Under the pieces are notes generated by a model. It was not told the DNA's origin and ran no database searches. It worked only from the letters and a program-made list of their open reading frames with translations. Shown here in pieces: positions 19,234 to 29,216 of a stretch of 36,605 bases of DNA. The stretch lies in sequence record SRR2962707_3097. One strand, written 5' to 3'. Position numbers and translations under genes: made by a program. How positions within the stretch are numbered: the first letter of the stretch is position 1; the number at the start of each line of letters is the position of its first letter.

Positions 19234-19265
19234 ATTGTAAAACCTATTGGTAACACATAGGTCAA
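19234..19265 (-). promoter_or_regulatory. MerR-type long-spacer promoter/operator
   Basis: TTGACC-N20-TACAAT on the minus strand. The dyad ACCTAT-N9-ATAGGT (19242-19262) lies in the spacer. Confidence 0.85.
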
Positions 19266-19346
19266 GGGTTGAGGTTTAATCAAATAGATCTCATTAGTTG
19301 CTTCACATTTACTGAAGCATTGAAGCTGCCATCCGCCACGTCAGGC

Positions 19347-19404
19347 AAAAAAAAGCCGCCGTAGAAAACCTCCCTATCAAGAGGTCTTTGCTACGGCGGC
19401 TTTT
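19347..19404 (-). terminator. Terminator after ndh
   Basis: 14-bp stem AAAAGCCGCCGTAG/CTACGGCGGCTTTT plus an inner stem, with a U8 tail on the minus strand. Confidence 0.88.
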
Positions 19405-19454
19405 ACACCATGATTAACTTTTTAAAAGTGAATGGCTTGCTAGCACACTAATCA

Positions 19455-20750
19455 TTAATGAAGCTTAAGTTTTGGCTTCACGACTTTACCAATTTTTTGT
19501 GCCGCCATAACGATGGTGGCTTTAAACCAGCCGTGTATCGCAATGAGGTGCAAACGATACAGAGAAATGTAGACAAAACGCGCAATGCGCCCTTCGATGA
19601 ACATAGAGCCACCCATGAGGTTGCCCATCAAGTTACCGACTGTGCTGTAGTTACTTAGGTTCACCAAAGAGCCATGGTCTTTGTATAAGTAGTCTTTTAG
19701 CGGCTCATTTTTCAGCGACGCTTTGATGTTAGCGTAAACTAAAGAAGCCATCTGATGGGCAGATTGTGCTCGCGGTGGAACAAAAGAACCATCTGGTTGT
19801 TCACAAGCACAACAGTCCCCGATCACATACACATCATCAAAGTCTTTCGCCTGAAGCGTGCCTTTAACAACGATTTGGTTGCTGCGATTCGTTTCAAAGC
19901 CTTCAATGTCTTTAATAAAGTCAGGCGCTTTGACACCTGCAGCCCAGATCATTAGGTCAGCTTCAATAAGTGCGCCTTCAGCGGTTTGATAGCCGCCAAC
20001 ATCCGCACGTACCACACGGGTACTTTCGCTAATTTTAACACCAAGCCGTGTGAGTTCTTTCGACGCTAAGTTGGCAATACGCTCTGGTAGTGCTTTCAAT
20101 ATTCGATCGCCCGCTTCGACAAGCTCCACATGCACACGCTTTCCGGACATTTCCGGCATGCCATAGGCTTTCATCAAATCCGCTACGTGGAACAATTCAG
20201 CAGACAATTCGACCCCTGTTGCGCCACCGCCAACAATGGCGATTTTCAACTTAGCTTCAGGGCCTTCTTGATGGACTCGTAAAAAGTGGTTAAGTAAGGC
20301 TTGCTGGAAACGCTCAGCTTGCTTGTGTGAATCTAGGAAATAACAATGCTCAGCAACGCCTGGCGTACCAAAGTCGTTACTAATACTGCCTACGGCCATG
20401 ATGAGCGTGTCATAGGAAAGATTGCGTTCAGGTAAGATTAAATGACCTTTGTCGTCACTTAAAGAATCAAGAGTGATGGTTTTTGCCGCTGGGTCAACAC
20501 TCGTTACCGTACCGAGTTGGAATTGATAATGGTGCTTGGCAGCATGAGCTCGATAGTTCACACCGTCATTATTGATATCAATAGAACCGGTGGCAACTTC
20601 ATGAAGAAGCGGTTTCCAGATGTGTGTCCGGCTGCGGTCGACTAAGATGATTTCTGCTTTGTCTTTGCCTTTACGTCCTAGTCCGTGGCCAAGTCGGGTA
20701 ACAAGCTCTAAACCACCTGCGCCACCGCCCACAACAATAATTCTTTTCAT
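19455..20750 (-). CDS. ndh: Type II NADH:quinone oxidoreductase
   Basis: Motifs GGGAGG, WKPLLHEVATG, GGGATGVEL, WAAGVK and PPRAQSAHQ. Confidence 0.95.
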   Translation of the reverse strand: MKRIIVVGGGAGGLELVTRLGHGLGRKGKDKAEIILVDRSRTHIWKPLLHEVATGSIDINNDGVNYRAHAAKHHYQFQLGTVTSVDPAAKTITLDSLSDDKGHLILPERNLSYDTLIMAVGSISNDFGTPGVAEHCYFLDSHKQAERFQQALLNHFLRVHQEGPEAKLKIAIVGGGATGVELSAELFHVADLMKAYGMPEMSGKRVHVELVEAGDRILKALPERIANLASKELTRLGVKISESTRVVRADVGGYQTAEGALIEADLMIWAAGVKAPDFIKDIEGFETNRSNQIVVKGTLQAKDFDDVYVIGDCCACEQPDGSFVPPRAQSAHQMASLVYANIKASLKNEPLKDYLYKDHGSLVNLSNYSTVGNLMGNLMGGSMFIEGRIARFVYISLYRLHLIAIHGWFKATIVMAAQKIGKVVKPKLKLH

Positions 20751-20824
20751 TTCATTCCCCTATAACTGAATAATCAGGAAAATATTCAGTAAACACTTTC
20801 CTGATTTCTCATTGAGGAGTGAGT

Positions 20825-21274
20825 CTAAGGCACGCGCTGGGCCAATAACTTATCCAGCGTATTCGCGAACGCCATTCGATCTTGCTGGTTAAACGTGGCT
20901 GGACCGTCGGTTTGCACACCAGATGAACGCATTTGCTCCATAAAATCGCGCATCGCAAGGCGCTGTTTTATATTTTCTCGAGAATAAAGTTCACCACGAG
21001 GGTTCACCGCCAACGCGCCTTTATCGATTACTTCTGCGGCTAAGGGAATGTCCGCGGTAATAACAAGATCTGCAGGTTCCACATGCTCGACAATATAATT
21101 ATCGGCCACATCAAAGCCGGAACTCACAACTCTTCTTTCAATCCATTTGGAGGGAGGAATAGAAATGGCCTGATTGGCGACCAAGATACAGGGTATTTCA
21201 ACTCGTTCAGCGGCACGAAATAGAATGGTTTTGATCACATTCGGACAAGCATCCGCATCTACCCAGAGTCGCAT
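20825..21274 (-). CDS. yaiI: YaiI/YqxD (UPF0178) family protein
   Basis: Motifs [21 protein letters not shown] and NPRGE. ATG at 21274 follows AAGGAA. Confidence 0.92.
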   Translation of the reverse strand: MRLWVDADACPNVIKTILFRAAERVEIPCILVANQAISIPPSKWIERRVVSSGFDVADNYIVEHVEPADLVITADIPLAAEVIDKGALAVNPRGELYSRENIKQRLAMRDFMEQMRSSGVQTDGPATFNQQDRMAFANTLDKLLAQRVP

Positions 21275-21343
21275 AAACAATTCCTTTACTTGAAAAACCT
21301 ATTATCAATCAGACGCGAGGTGAAATCCAGTAAGGAATGTGGA

Positions 21344-21420
21344 CATACAGGTCAATAAAATAGTGACCTGTATGCAAGTAAAACCAAGAAGTAGAAAGAC
21401 ACAAAAAAGTGTCTTTTCTA
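21344..21420. terminator. Two tandem hairpins after the ETF-QO gene
   Basis: CATACAGGTCA/TGACCTGTATG (21344-21374) and AAAGACAC/GTGTCTTT (about 21392-21420). Confidence 0.6.
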
Positions 21421-21423
21421 AAA

Positions 21424-23073
21424 TCACATATTGGGGTAATTCGGGCCGCCCGCGCCCTCAGGTGTTACCCAGCGAATGTTTTGTGCAGGGTCTTTGATAT
21501 CACAGGTTTTGCAATGAATGCAGTTTTGCGAATTGATCTGGAAGCTTGCGCCTTGTGCCCCTTCAACTACCTCATAGACACCCGCTGGGCAATATCGTTG
21601 AGCAGGCTCATTAAACTTAGGCAGATTTTGAGCAATCGGCACAGTGGCGTCTTTTAGCAACAAATGACAAGGCTGGTTTTCCTCATGGTTGGTATTGGAT
21701 AAGAACACCGAGGAAAGCTTATCAAAGCTTAGTTTGCCGTCAGGTTTGGGGTAATCAGGCGCCTGATGCTTTTCTGTCAGTTCTAAGCAGGCGTAATCTG
21801 GTGTCATATCATTAAAGGTAAAAGGCATACGCCCAGCAAAGATATTTTGATCTAGCCAGTTATAAGCACCGCCCCAAAATGTGCCTAGAGAATGCATGAC
21901 AGGCACAAAGTTTCGCGCCTGCTCAAGCTCTTTACCCAACCAAGAATCTCGAACTGTCGCATCATAATGAGCAAGTTCACTGACTGGTGATTCTGCTTGT
22001 AATGCCTCACAAATCACCTCAGCCGCTAACAAACCGCTCTTCATGGCAGTGTGAGTGCCTTTGATTTTAGCAGGGTTCAATGTACCAGCATCGCAGCCCA
22101 ACAGAAGACCACCAGGGAAGCTCATTTTCGGTAACGACGCCCAACCGCCTTTTGCAATGGCTCGAGCACCGTAAGACACACGTTTGGCGTCTTTAAGATG
22201 CGCGGCAATCAATGGATGATGCTTGTAACGTTGAAATTCATCATACGGGCTTAAATGTGGGTTTTTATAGTTCAAATCTGCGATCAAGCCAACCACGACT
22301 TGATTGTTCTCTAAATGGTAGAGAAAGCCTCCGCCACCGGCCTCTTTACCCAGCGGCCACCCAGCGGTGTGAATCACAGTGCCTGGCTTGCTTTGCGCCT
22401 CAGGAACATCCCAAAGCTCTTTAATACCAAGCCCATAATGCTGCGGGGCTTTGCCTTTATCCAGTTCAAAACGTTCGATAAGTTCTTTACCAAGGTGGCC
22501 ACGGCAACCTTCTGAAAAAATGGTGTATTTGGCTTTTAATAGCATGCCTGGCATATAGCCATCTTTGTGCGAACCATCCTCTGCTACTCCCATGTCACCC
22601 GTTACAATGCCCTCTACCTGACCTTGTTCATTGTAAGCAACATGAGCGGCTGAAAACCCCGGAAAAACTTCCACACCAAGCGCTTCGGCTTGCTCTGCTA
22701 ACCAGCGAGATAGATTCCCCAAGCTAATCACATAATTGCCTTCGTTATGAAGGGTTTTAGGAATCATCCAATGGCTTAGCTTACGACTGCCAGTCTTCGA
22801 GCCTAACCAATGCAGTTCATCTACTGTTACTTCAGACACCAAAGGGGCGCCCATGGTTTTCCAATCGGGGAAAAGTTCGGCTAATGCTTTAGGGTCGACT
22901 ACCGCTCCTGACAGAATATGAGCGCCAATTTCAGAGCCTTTTTCAACCAGGCAAACACTCAATTCTTGTTCGTTTTCTTGTGCTTTTTGCATCAAACGGC
23001 ACGCCGTAGAAAGCCCAGCAGGACCACCACCGACAATAACCACATCAAATTCCATTACTTCTCTGTCTGTCAT
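21424..23073 (-). CDS. Electron transfer flavoprotein-ubiquinone oxidoreductase
   Basis: Motifs GGGPAG, EKGSEIGAHILSGA and the C-terminal 4Fe-4S YCPAGVYE...NCIHCKTCDIKDP. ATG at 23073 follows GGAGG. Confidence 0.95.
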   Translation of the reverse strand: MTDREVMEFDVVIVGGGPAGLSTACRLMQKAQENEQELSVCLVEKGSEIGAHILSGAVVDPKALAELFPDWKTMGAPLVSEVTVDELHWLGSKTGSRKLSHWMIPKTLHNEGNYVISLGNLSRWLAEQAEALGVEVFPGFSAAHVAYNEQGQVEGIVTGDMGVAEDGSHKDGYMPGMLLKAKYTIFSEGCRGHLGKELIERFELDKGKAPQHYGLGIKELWDVPEAQSKPGTVIHTAGWPLGKEAGGGGFLYHLENNQVVVGLIADLNYKNPHLSPYDEFQRYKHHPLIAAHLKDAKRVSYGARAIAKGGWASLPKMSFPGGLLLGCDAGTLNPAKIKGTHTAMKSGLLAAEVICEALQAESPVSELAHYDATVRDSWLGKELEQARNFVPVMHSLGTFWGGAYNWLDQNIFAGRMPFTFNDMTPDYACLELTEKHQAPDYPKPDGKLSFDKLSSVFLSNTNHEENQPCHLLLKDATVPIAQNLPKFNEPAQRYCPAGVYEVVEGAQGASFQINSQNCIHCKTCDIKDPAQNIRWVTPEGAGGPNYPNM

Positions 23074-23151
23074 AATGCCTCCTACAGCAGGCGTAGCATG
23101 GTTTGTAGCCATGCCCATTGACTTAATATTTAGTATGTATTCAGTTAACTG

Positions 23152-24921
23152 TTATCTAGCAAAACTGTCTTCGTTCAGCGTATCGATTGACGCTTGTCCG
23201 GCGATAACCGTCTGCGCGTGATAACCAGCGCGAGCTAAAATATGATCGCAATAAAAATCTGCGGATTGTTTCCAAGACTGTTTTTGCGGTTCACTCAATG
23301 TCGTACTTTTCTCGCTCAACATCTGTGCTCGAACCTGCAACCAGCCGCCTATCACACTGCCCATCATCATCATGTAGCCATAGGCAGAGCCTGTTCCTAA
23401 CAGCGCGTCTTTATTCATACTGCGCAAACACGACGCGGTGGCCTGCTCAGCCAAGAGAATCGCCTGTTGCACTTTTAGCGCATTCTCATGGGTACTGCCA
23501 ACCACCAATGTTTCGATCTCGGCTTTCATTTCTGCTAATAAATCCGCCATGGCCGTGCCTTGGTCTGTTAACAGCTTACGACCAATTAAGTCGATCGCTT
23601 GAATGCCATTGGTGCCCTCATAGATAGGCAAAATGCGCGCATCTCTTGCGTGCTGTGCAACCCCAGTTTCTTCGATAAAACCAACACCACCATGAACTTG
23701 AATCGCCAATGAGGTGATTTCCTGAGCTTGCTCAGTAATCCAGCCTTTCACAATCGGGGTTAACAGCGCGGTGCGTGTCTTGGCTTTTTGTTTTGCGTCG
23801 CCTTCTGCTAGATGAGATAAATCGTTCTCCACCGCCGCCATGTAAATAAGAGAGCGCATCGCGTCAATTTGAGATTTCATTGTCATCAACATACGCAATA
23901 CATCTGGGTGTTCAATAATCGCGGCTTTCCCTGAGCGATCGGCCTTCATACCTTGCTTACGCTCTTTAGCATACTCAAGCGCTTGCTGATAAGCACGCTC
24001 TGCAATCGCTAAGCCTTGCAAACCGACACCCTGACGCGCATTGTTCATCATGGTAAACATAGCTTTGATGCCTTCGTTTTCCATGCCAACTAAATACCCT
24101 ATCGCGCCCTCGTTCTCACCAAAACTCATCACACAGGTTGGCGACGCGTGAATGCCCATTTTGTGCTCAACAGACACCACTTGGACATCGTTACGCTGGC
24201 CTGGATTGGCTTGCTCATCCAAAATAAATTTAGGCACAATAAACAGAGAAATGCCTTTCACACCCACCGGCGCATCGGGAAGCCTCGCCAAAACCAAATG
24301 AATGATGTTGTCACTCATTTGATGATCACCCCAAGTAATGAAGATTTTCTGACCTTTAATACGATACACATCGCCATCAGGAATGGCTTTACAAGCAATG
24401 GCAGCAAGATCAGAACCCGCCGATGGCTCGGTTAAGTTCATCGTTCCGGTCCATTCACCGCTTAGCATCTTGGGTAGGTAGGTCTCTTTAAGCGTCTCGC
24501 TGGCATGGGAGCTAATCGCTTCGATCGCCCCTTGACTCAATAACGGACACAATGAAAAAGCCAAGTTGGCCGCTTGGACGCCTTCGTTGACAGCGGTAGC
24601 AATGCTGGATGGCAAACCTTGACCGCCGTACTCAGTGGCACCAGAGAGAGAACCCCAGCCGCCTTCACAATAACTACGGTAAATGTCTTTAAAGCCTTTT
24701 GCTTCAATAACATTGCCATTTTCAACGCGAGACCCTTCTTGGTCTCCCGACCAATTTAATGGCGCAATCACTTGTTCGGTTAACTTGCCGGCTTCGGCTA
24801 AAATAGCGCCCAGCAAATCGTCGTCAAGGCCGCCATCGACATAAGGCGTTAGACGATCAAAATTGGCCACTTTTTGTAGGCTAAAAAGAATATCGTTTAG
24901 AGGGTACAGGTAATCGCTCAT
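23152..24921 (-). CDS. Long-form acyl-CoA dehydrogenase (DmdC/MmgC-like)
   Basis: Motifs WTGTMNLTEP, GQKIFITWG, EHKMGIHASPT, MFTMMNNAR and IYEGTNGIQA. Confidence 0.93.
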   Translation of the reverse strand: MSDYLYPLNDILFSLQKVANFDRLTPYVDGGLDDDLLGAILAEAGKLTEQVIAPLNWSGDQEGSRVENGNVIEAKGFKDIYRSYCEGGWGSLSGATEYGGQGLPSSIATAVNEGVQAANLAFSLCPLLSQGAIEAISSHASETLKETYLPKMLSGEWTGTMNLTEPSAGSDLAAIACKAIPDGDVYRIKGQKIFITWGDHQMSDNIIHLVLARLPDAPVGVKGISLFIVPKFILDEQANPGQRNDVQVVSVEHKMGIHASPTCVMSFGENEGAIGYLVGMENEGIKAMFTMMNNARQGVGLQGLAIAERAYQQALEYAKERKQGMKADRSGKAAIIEHPDVLRMLMTMKSQIDAMRSLIYMAAVENDLSHLAEGDAKQKAKTRTALLTPIVKGWITEQAQEITSLAIQVHGGVGFIEETGVAQHARDARILPIYEGTNGIQAIDLIGRKLLTDQGTAMADLLAEMKAEIETLVVGSTHENALKVQQAILLAEQATASCLRSMNKDALLGTGSAYGYMMMMGSVIGGWLQVRAQMLSEKSTTLSEPQKQSWKQSADFYCDHILARAGYHAQTVIAGQASIDTLNEDSFAR

Positions 24922-25061
24922 TTTTTATTCTCCGGTTATTTATCCGAGCGGATGTATAACTATAGAATGATAAAAATGAGCGAATCTCTCAATAACATAT
25001 CAGGCCGTTATTTCTGACAAATACAATCAGAATAAGGTAGAAGGCGTCACAAGGTACGGAT

Positions 25062-26141
25062 TTATAAGCTTTTCATAGAGCGACCAAACTTCAAAAATTC
25101 ATCACTTTTTCGATATTCACCCGGCGTCATCCCTGTCCATTTTTTAAAAGATCGGAAAAATGCACTGGGTTCATCAAACCCCATTAACGCAGCGATGTCA
25201 TTAATACTCAACTGTGGTGCGTTCATATAGGTAATGGCCGCTTCTTTGCGACACTCATCTTTGATCTGCTGGTAGGATGTTTTTTCTTCGTTGAGGCGGC
25301 GTCTCAGAGTCGACACACTCATATTAAGCCCACTTGCGACTTCGTCTGCACTTGGCATCTCTCGAGAGAAGTCTTTGCCTAACATGGCCATTACTTGAGA
25401 TTTTAAGCTGTTGTCGTTTTCCACCATGACCAGTAATTGGTACGGTGCTGTTTTTAGAAAACCACGTAAGCTGTCTTCCGTTTGGACTATCGGCATATCC
25501 AGATAGCTGGCAGGAAAAACAAGCGCATTGGCGTGTTGGTTAAAGCGTACTTCGGACTGAAATAAAGTCTTATAGTACTCCACATCATCGGGACGCTCGC
25601 TGGTGAAATAAGCGGCCTTCAGGCTCAAACGGCGACCAATTAACCAACAAATAAAATGATGCCACATAGACAAAGTGGTTCTTAGCTGCTCTTTCGACTC
25701 TGGCGTCACTATGTCCGCCACCCTAGCATCCGCCGACTCTATCGGAGCAAAGGTGACCATGGCAAAGCGCCCTTTTTTGATCAATACAGGCTTTACTGTG
25801 GGGCCACGACAGATGTCGTAGAAATCGCTGCAACGGTACATGGCATGCGCCAAGCTTCGCGCATGAATAATACACAAACACATCATTCTAAAGGTACCAT
25901 TGGGCACCTTACCACCACTCAACATGCCGAACGATTCATCCTGAACCAGCCACATAATTTTTTGATACAGCATGCCGTATTGATAGGCAGGAAAATGACT
26001 GTTTTGTTCAATATCGGAACGTACGATATCCAAGCTCTCTAATAATGCGTCACTGTCTAAGCCTTGATTTTCAACGGCTTTTAATAAATAGCGTACACTT
26101 GACATAGGAACAGAGGCTTTTACATTCATGTTACAACTCAT
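25062..26141 (-). CDS. AraC-family regulator (OruR/Arabinose_bd_2-like)
   Basis: C-terminal LNMSVSTLRRRL ... MGFDEPSAFFRSFKKWTGMTP. The start may be 26129. Confidence 0.9.
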   Translation of the reverse strand: MSCNMNVKASVPMSSVRYLLKAVENQGLDSDALLESLDIVRSDIEQNSHFPAYQYGMLYQKIMWLVQDESFGMLSGGKVPNGTFRMMCLCIIHARSLAHAMYRCSDFYDICRGPTVKPVLIKKGRFAMVTFAPIESADARVADIVTPESKEQLRTTLSMWHHFICWLIGRRLSLKAAYFTSERPDDVEYYKTLFQSEVRFNQHANALVFPASYLDMPIVQTEDSLRGFLKTAPYQLLVMVENDNSLKSQVMAMLGKDFSREMPSADEVASGLNMSVSTLRRRLNEEKTSYQQIKDECRKEAAITYMNAPQLSINDIAALMGFDEPSAFFRSFKKWTGMTPGEYRKSDEFLKFGRSMKSL

Positions 26142-26182
26142 CCCGCATAGATAATTTTTATTGTAATGGATAATTTGAGCAT

Positions 26183-26212
26183 AAAAAAAGACTGCAAAAG
26201 CAGCCTTTTTTT
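26183..26212. terminator. Bidirectional-type terminator
   Basis: AAAAAAAGACTGC-aaaa-GCAGCCTTTTTTT; the mismatch is a G-U pair on the minus strand. Confidence 0.75.
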
Positions 26213-26231
26213 AAGTTTTACAGATATTTGC

Positions 26232-26585
26232 TTAATTCTCTTCAGAGAAAGCAGACAATAATTCATCAACAGATAAATCTTCAGTTTCCTGATTTATCCC
26301 TGAGATCAATGTCGGCTTAGTAGATTCGGTGTCTTTCTCTTCTTTAGGCTTCACGAACACAAAACGACGTGGACGTGCTGCTGGCTGTGCTGCTTCTTTT
26401 TCAGGAAGCAAACCCAGTCTATCAAGCTTTTTGTGCGCTTGCTCTTTGCGCTCCTTGGATTTTTTGACTTTAAAACGGCGAGTAGACGATGCTTTACGAG
26501 CTTTATTTTGCTCTTTCATCATTTCCTTTGAACCAGTTTTTCCAAGTTTGCCACGCATGCTGCGCGATTTTTTAGTACGAGCCAT
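26232..26585 (-). CDS. Highly basic hypothetical protein with acidic tail (possibly a divergent YihI-like protein)
   Basis: Starts MARTKKSR, is K/R-rich and ends DELLSAFSEEN. RBS GAGG upstream and terminator downstream. Confidence 0.7.
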   Translation of the reverse strand: MARTKKSRSMRGKLGKTGSKEMMKEQNKARKASSTRRFKVKKSKERKEQAHKKLDRLGLLPEKEAAQPAARPRRFVFVKPKEEKDTESTKPTLISGINQETEDLSVDELLSAFSEEN

Positions 26586-26650
26586 AATTTCCTCTCTTTA
26601 TCGCGCGCGCATTGTAACAGTCAATTCAAGCAAGGTCATCATTTAGACGA

Positions 26651-27082
26651 TTAGCAATCTGCTTTAAACGTACTATGACCAATGTGTTTTTGCTTACCAA
26701 TCTCTCCCATTAGCGTTTTTATCTTAGCTGAGTCATTGTTTTCTAACGCAGTTTCTAAAGAAGAGAAGACTTGAATCGTATCATCGATGACACTTTGGTA
26801 TTCAGCGGTTTCTTTTGCTAGCGCGTCCCCAGAGAGTTTTTTCTCGACGAACAGGTACGGTGTTTGAGAACGGGCGTCTTTAAACAAAGCAATGACTTGC
26901 TCAACCTTTTTAGCGGCTTGTTCGTTGTCCCCTGACTTTAGGCTTGATGCCATGCCTTTTAATTCCGTTTTAATGTTTTCCATATCATGGTGTAAAGGAC
27001 GACCTTCGCAAGCACCGTGTGCCAATACATTCGTTGAAAATGCCAAGGTGGCGAGTGCGCCGATAAAAAGACGTTTGTACAT
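26651..27082 (-). CDS. Periplasmic cytochrome b562-family protein
   Basis: Signal peptide, then LHHDMENI (Met ligand) and C-terminal KHIGHSTFK (His ligand); helical throughout. Confidence 0.75.
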   Translation of the reverse strand: MYKRLFIGALATLAFSTNVLAHGACEGRPLHHDMENIKTELKGMASSLKSGDNEQAAKKVEQVIALFKDARSQTPYLFVEKKLSGDALAKETAEYQSVIDDTIQVFSSLETALENNDSAKIKTLMGEIGKQKHIGHSTFKADC

Positions 27083-27215
27083 TTGAAGTTTCCTCTGCCC
27101 AAGGGTGATAAAATTGATTATTACAATCTGCTGTGAAAGGAGTCAAGCTACCCTTTTCATTATTGAAACACAAATAGAAAAGGGAGACTCAAAATCATCC
27201 GACGCGTTCGACCTA

Positions 27216-29084
27216 TTAAATAGTAAATCTCGCGATTTGCTGCTCTAGTCTTTGTGCTAATTGTGCTAATGACTCAGCGCCTTTGGCACTTTCATGGGAC
27301 TCGATTGCCAGCTTGTTGGCGATTTCTTTGATCGACAAACTGTTGTTCGATATATCACTGGTAACAATATTTTGCTCTTCTGCCGCGCTGGCAATTTGCA
27401 ATGACATATCACTAATCCGTTGTACGGAATTCTGGATTGCCACCAAGCTTTCTGCCGCTGCGATTGCGTCTTCAACAGAGCTGTTCGCCACCGTTTGACC
27501 TGAATGCATAATATCCACGGCTTTTTGCGTTGTGCTGTTTAAGCCGTCGATCATTTCTTTAATTTCTTCTGTTGAGTTGTGCGTTCTTTGTGACAACACA
27601 CGAACTTCATCAGCCACCACCGCAAAGCCACGACCATGTTCACCGGCACGAGCGGCTTCGATCGCTGCGTTCAACGCCAATAAATTGGTTTGTTCGGCGA
27701 TATTTTGAATGGTTGTTAATATGCTACTGATGCTTTGCACTTGATGATCAAGATTACCAATAATACTCGAAGCGTCGGTAACTTGTGTCGCAAGGTCGCT
27801 GATCGAGTGTTTACTTTTGACAACCTGATCACTGCCTTCTTGGCTATTTTGATACGCTTCTCGAGAAGCATTCGCGGTGCTTTCTGCGTTGGATGCGATC
27901 TCATGGGTCGCCGCCGACATTTGGCCAACGGCCGTCGCCACCGCGGTAATCTCATCCAATTGAGTACTCAGGTCCAAAGACGACTGAGAAGTTAAACGAT
28001 GAGAGTCTTGAGCCAAACTATTAAGGTTGGACGACAACACCTTAATTTCAGAAATAATGCCCGCTAAGGTTTGTAAGAAGCCATTAAAATGACGCGCTAA
28101 ATCGCCAATCTCATCTTTGCTGGTTTCTGGGATGCGAGTGGTTAAATCTCCTTGACCGTTATTCATTTCTGCCAACACTTGATTGACCTTATCAATGCCA
28201 CTCAACAAGTTTCGGCTAACCAGTCCCATGACAAGGCTTACGGCCACTGCCGCGATAACCATTGCCACCATAAGTGAAATCAATAGATTACTCAGCGGCG
28301 CCATCGCCGTGGCTTTGTCTAGCTGAAAGAAGATAACCCAGTCGGTGTCAGGAACCGCAACGCCTGCCACTAACACAAGCCCATCTTTTGACTGTGTTTC
28401 AACCAGTTTTCCTTGTGCCTGTTTAACCACATCTAAACCATAACCCAAAGACGACGCCATGTTTTTAAGGACTAGCTTCTCATCAGGGTGCGCAATGATC
28501 ACACCTTTTGTCGAGACTAAAAAGACACGACTTTTATCCATCATTTTGACATGCAAAATGCCCTTAACGAGATTGCTTAAGTTCATGTCGGCACCAACAA
28601 CGCCTTTGACCCCTGACGCATCCACAACTTTCTCTGCGGCAGAAATAATAAGTTGGTTCGTGCTGACATCAATATAAGGTTCTGTGTATTGAACGCTGTC
28701 TGACGTTAGCGCTTTTTTGTACCAAGGGCGAGTGCGAGGATCAAAGCCTGCTGGCATAGTGGCGTGATGACTTAACACCATGTCACCTTCTTTCGTCCCA
28801 ATGTAGGCCAAGTCAAAATTACCCGATTTTTCGGCTTGTAAAAGCGCGCCAATCGTCACATCATGCTTAGTAAAGTGATTGCTTAAGCTGTTAATCGTGG
28901 CGGTTTTTCCATGAACCCATTCTGATATGGTTCGAGACTGCCCTTCTGCAATCGATGATACCTGGTCATTCAAACCATCAACCAAGGTGTTTTTAAGTTG
29001 AAAATAACCAAAAGAGCCAACAATTAACGCCACAATAATGGCGGATGCAAACACCACAAGCGAAAACTTACGCTGTAACGTCAT
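27216..29084 (-). CDS. PctA-like dCache methyl-accepting chemotaxis protein
   Basis: FDPRTRPWY...PYID...VVGAD, then HAMP (GDLTTRI..DEIGDL) and the MCP signature. ATG at 29084 follows GGAG. Confidence 0.93.
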   Translation of the reverse strand: MTLQRKFSLVVFASAIIVALIVGSFGYFQLKNTLVDGLNDQVSSIAEGQSRTISEWVHGKTATINSLSNHFTKHDVTIGALLQAEKSGNFDLAYIGTKEGDMVLSHHATMPAGFDPRTRPWYKKALTSDSVQYTEPYIDVSTNQLIISAAEKVVDASGVKGVVGADMNLSNLVKGILHVKMMDKSRVFLVSTKGVIIAHPDEKLVLKNMASSLGYGLDVVKQAQGKLVETQSKDGLVLVAGVAVPDTDWVIFFQLDKATAMAPLSNLLISLMVAMVIAAVAVSLVMGLVSRNLLSGIDKVNQVLAEMNNGQGDLTTRIPETSKDEIGDLARHFNGFLQTLAGIISEIKVLSSNLNSLAQDSHRLTSQSSLDLSTQLDEITAVATAVGQMSAATHEIASNAESTANASREAYQNSQEGSDQVVKSKHSISDLATQVTDASSIIGNLDHQVQSISSILTTIQNIAEQTNLLALNAAIEAARAGEHGRGFAVVADEVRVLSQRTHNSTEEIKEMIDGLNSTTQKAVDIMHSGQTVANSSVEDAIAAAESLVAIQNSVQRISDMSLQIASAAEEQNIVTSDISNNSLSIKEIANKLAIESHESAKGAESLAQLAQRLEQQIARFTI

Positions 29085-29216
29085 AACACAATCTCCGAAG
29101 TAATTTGGATAACCCTTAGGGTAGAACACCGTCTTTGATTTACAAAGCAGCGTTGCTATCTATCCCATGGGGTTTATTAAAAATAAAGCACAGTAAACAA
29201 TAGGTTTTTATAGGCT

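Noticed and set aside
7432-19265. Copper cluster as a mobile genomic island
   Set aside because: No integrase, transposase, tRNA or flanking direct repeats were seen.
19455-20750. ndh next to the copper cluster as a functional cupric-reductase link
   Set aside because: A strong terminator separates it from the MerR promoter, and adjacency alone is not evidence.
27106-27124. Weak Fur-box-like sequence upstream of the cytochrome b562 gene
   Set aside because: Only about 12 of 19 positions match the consensus, in AT-rich DNA.
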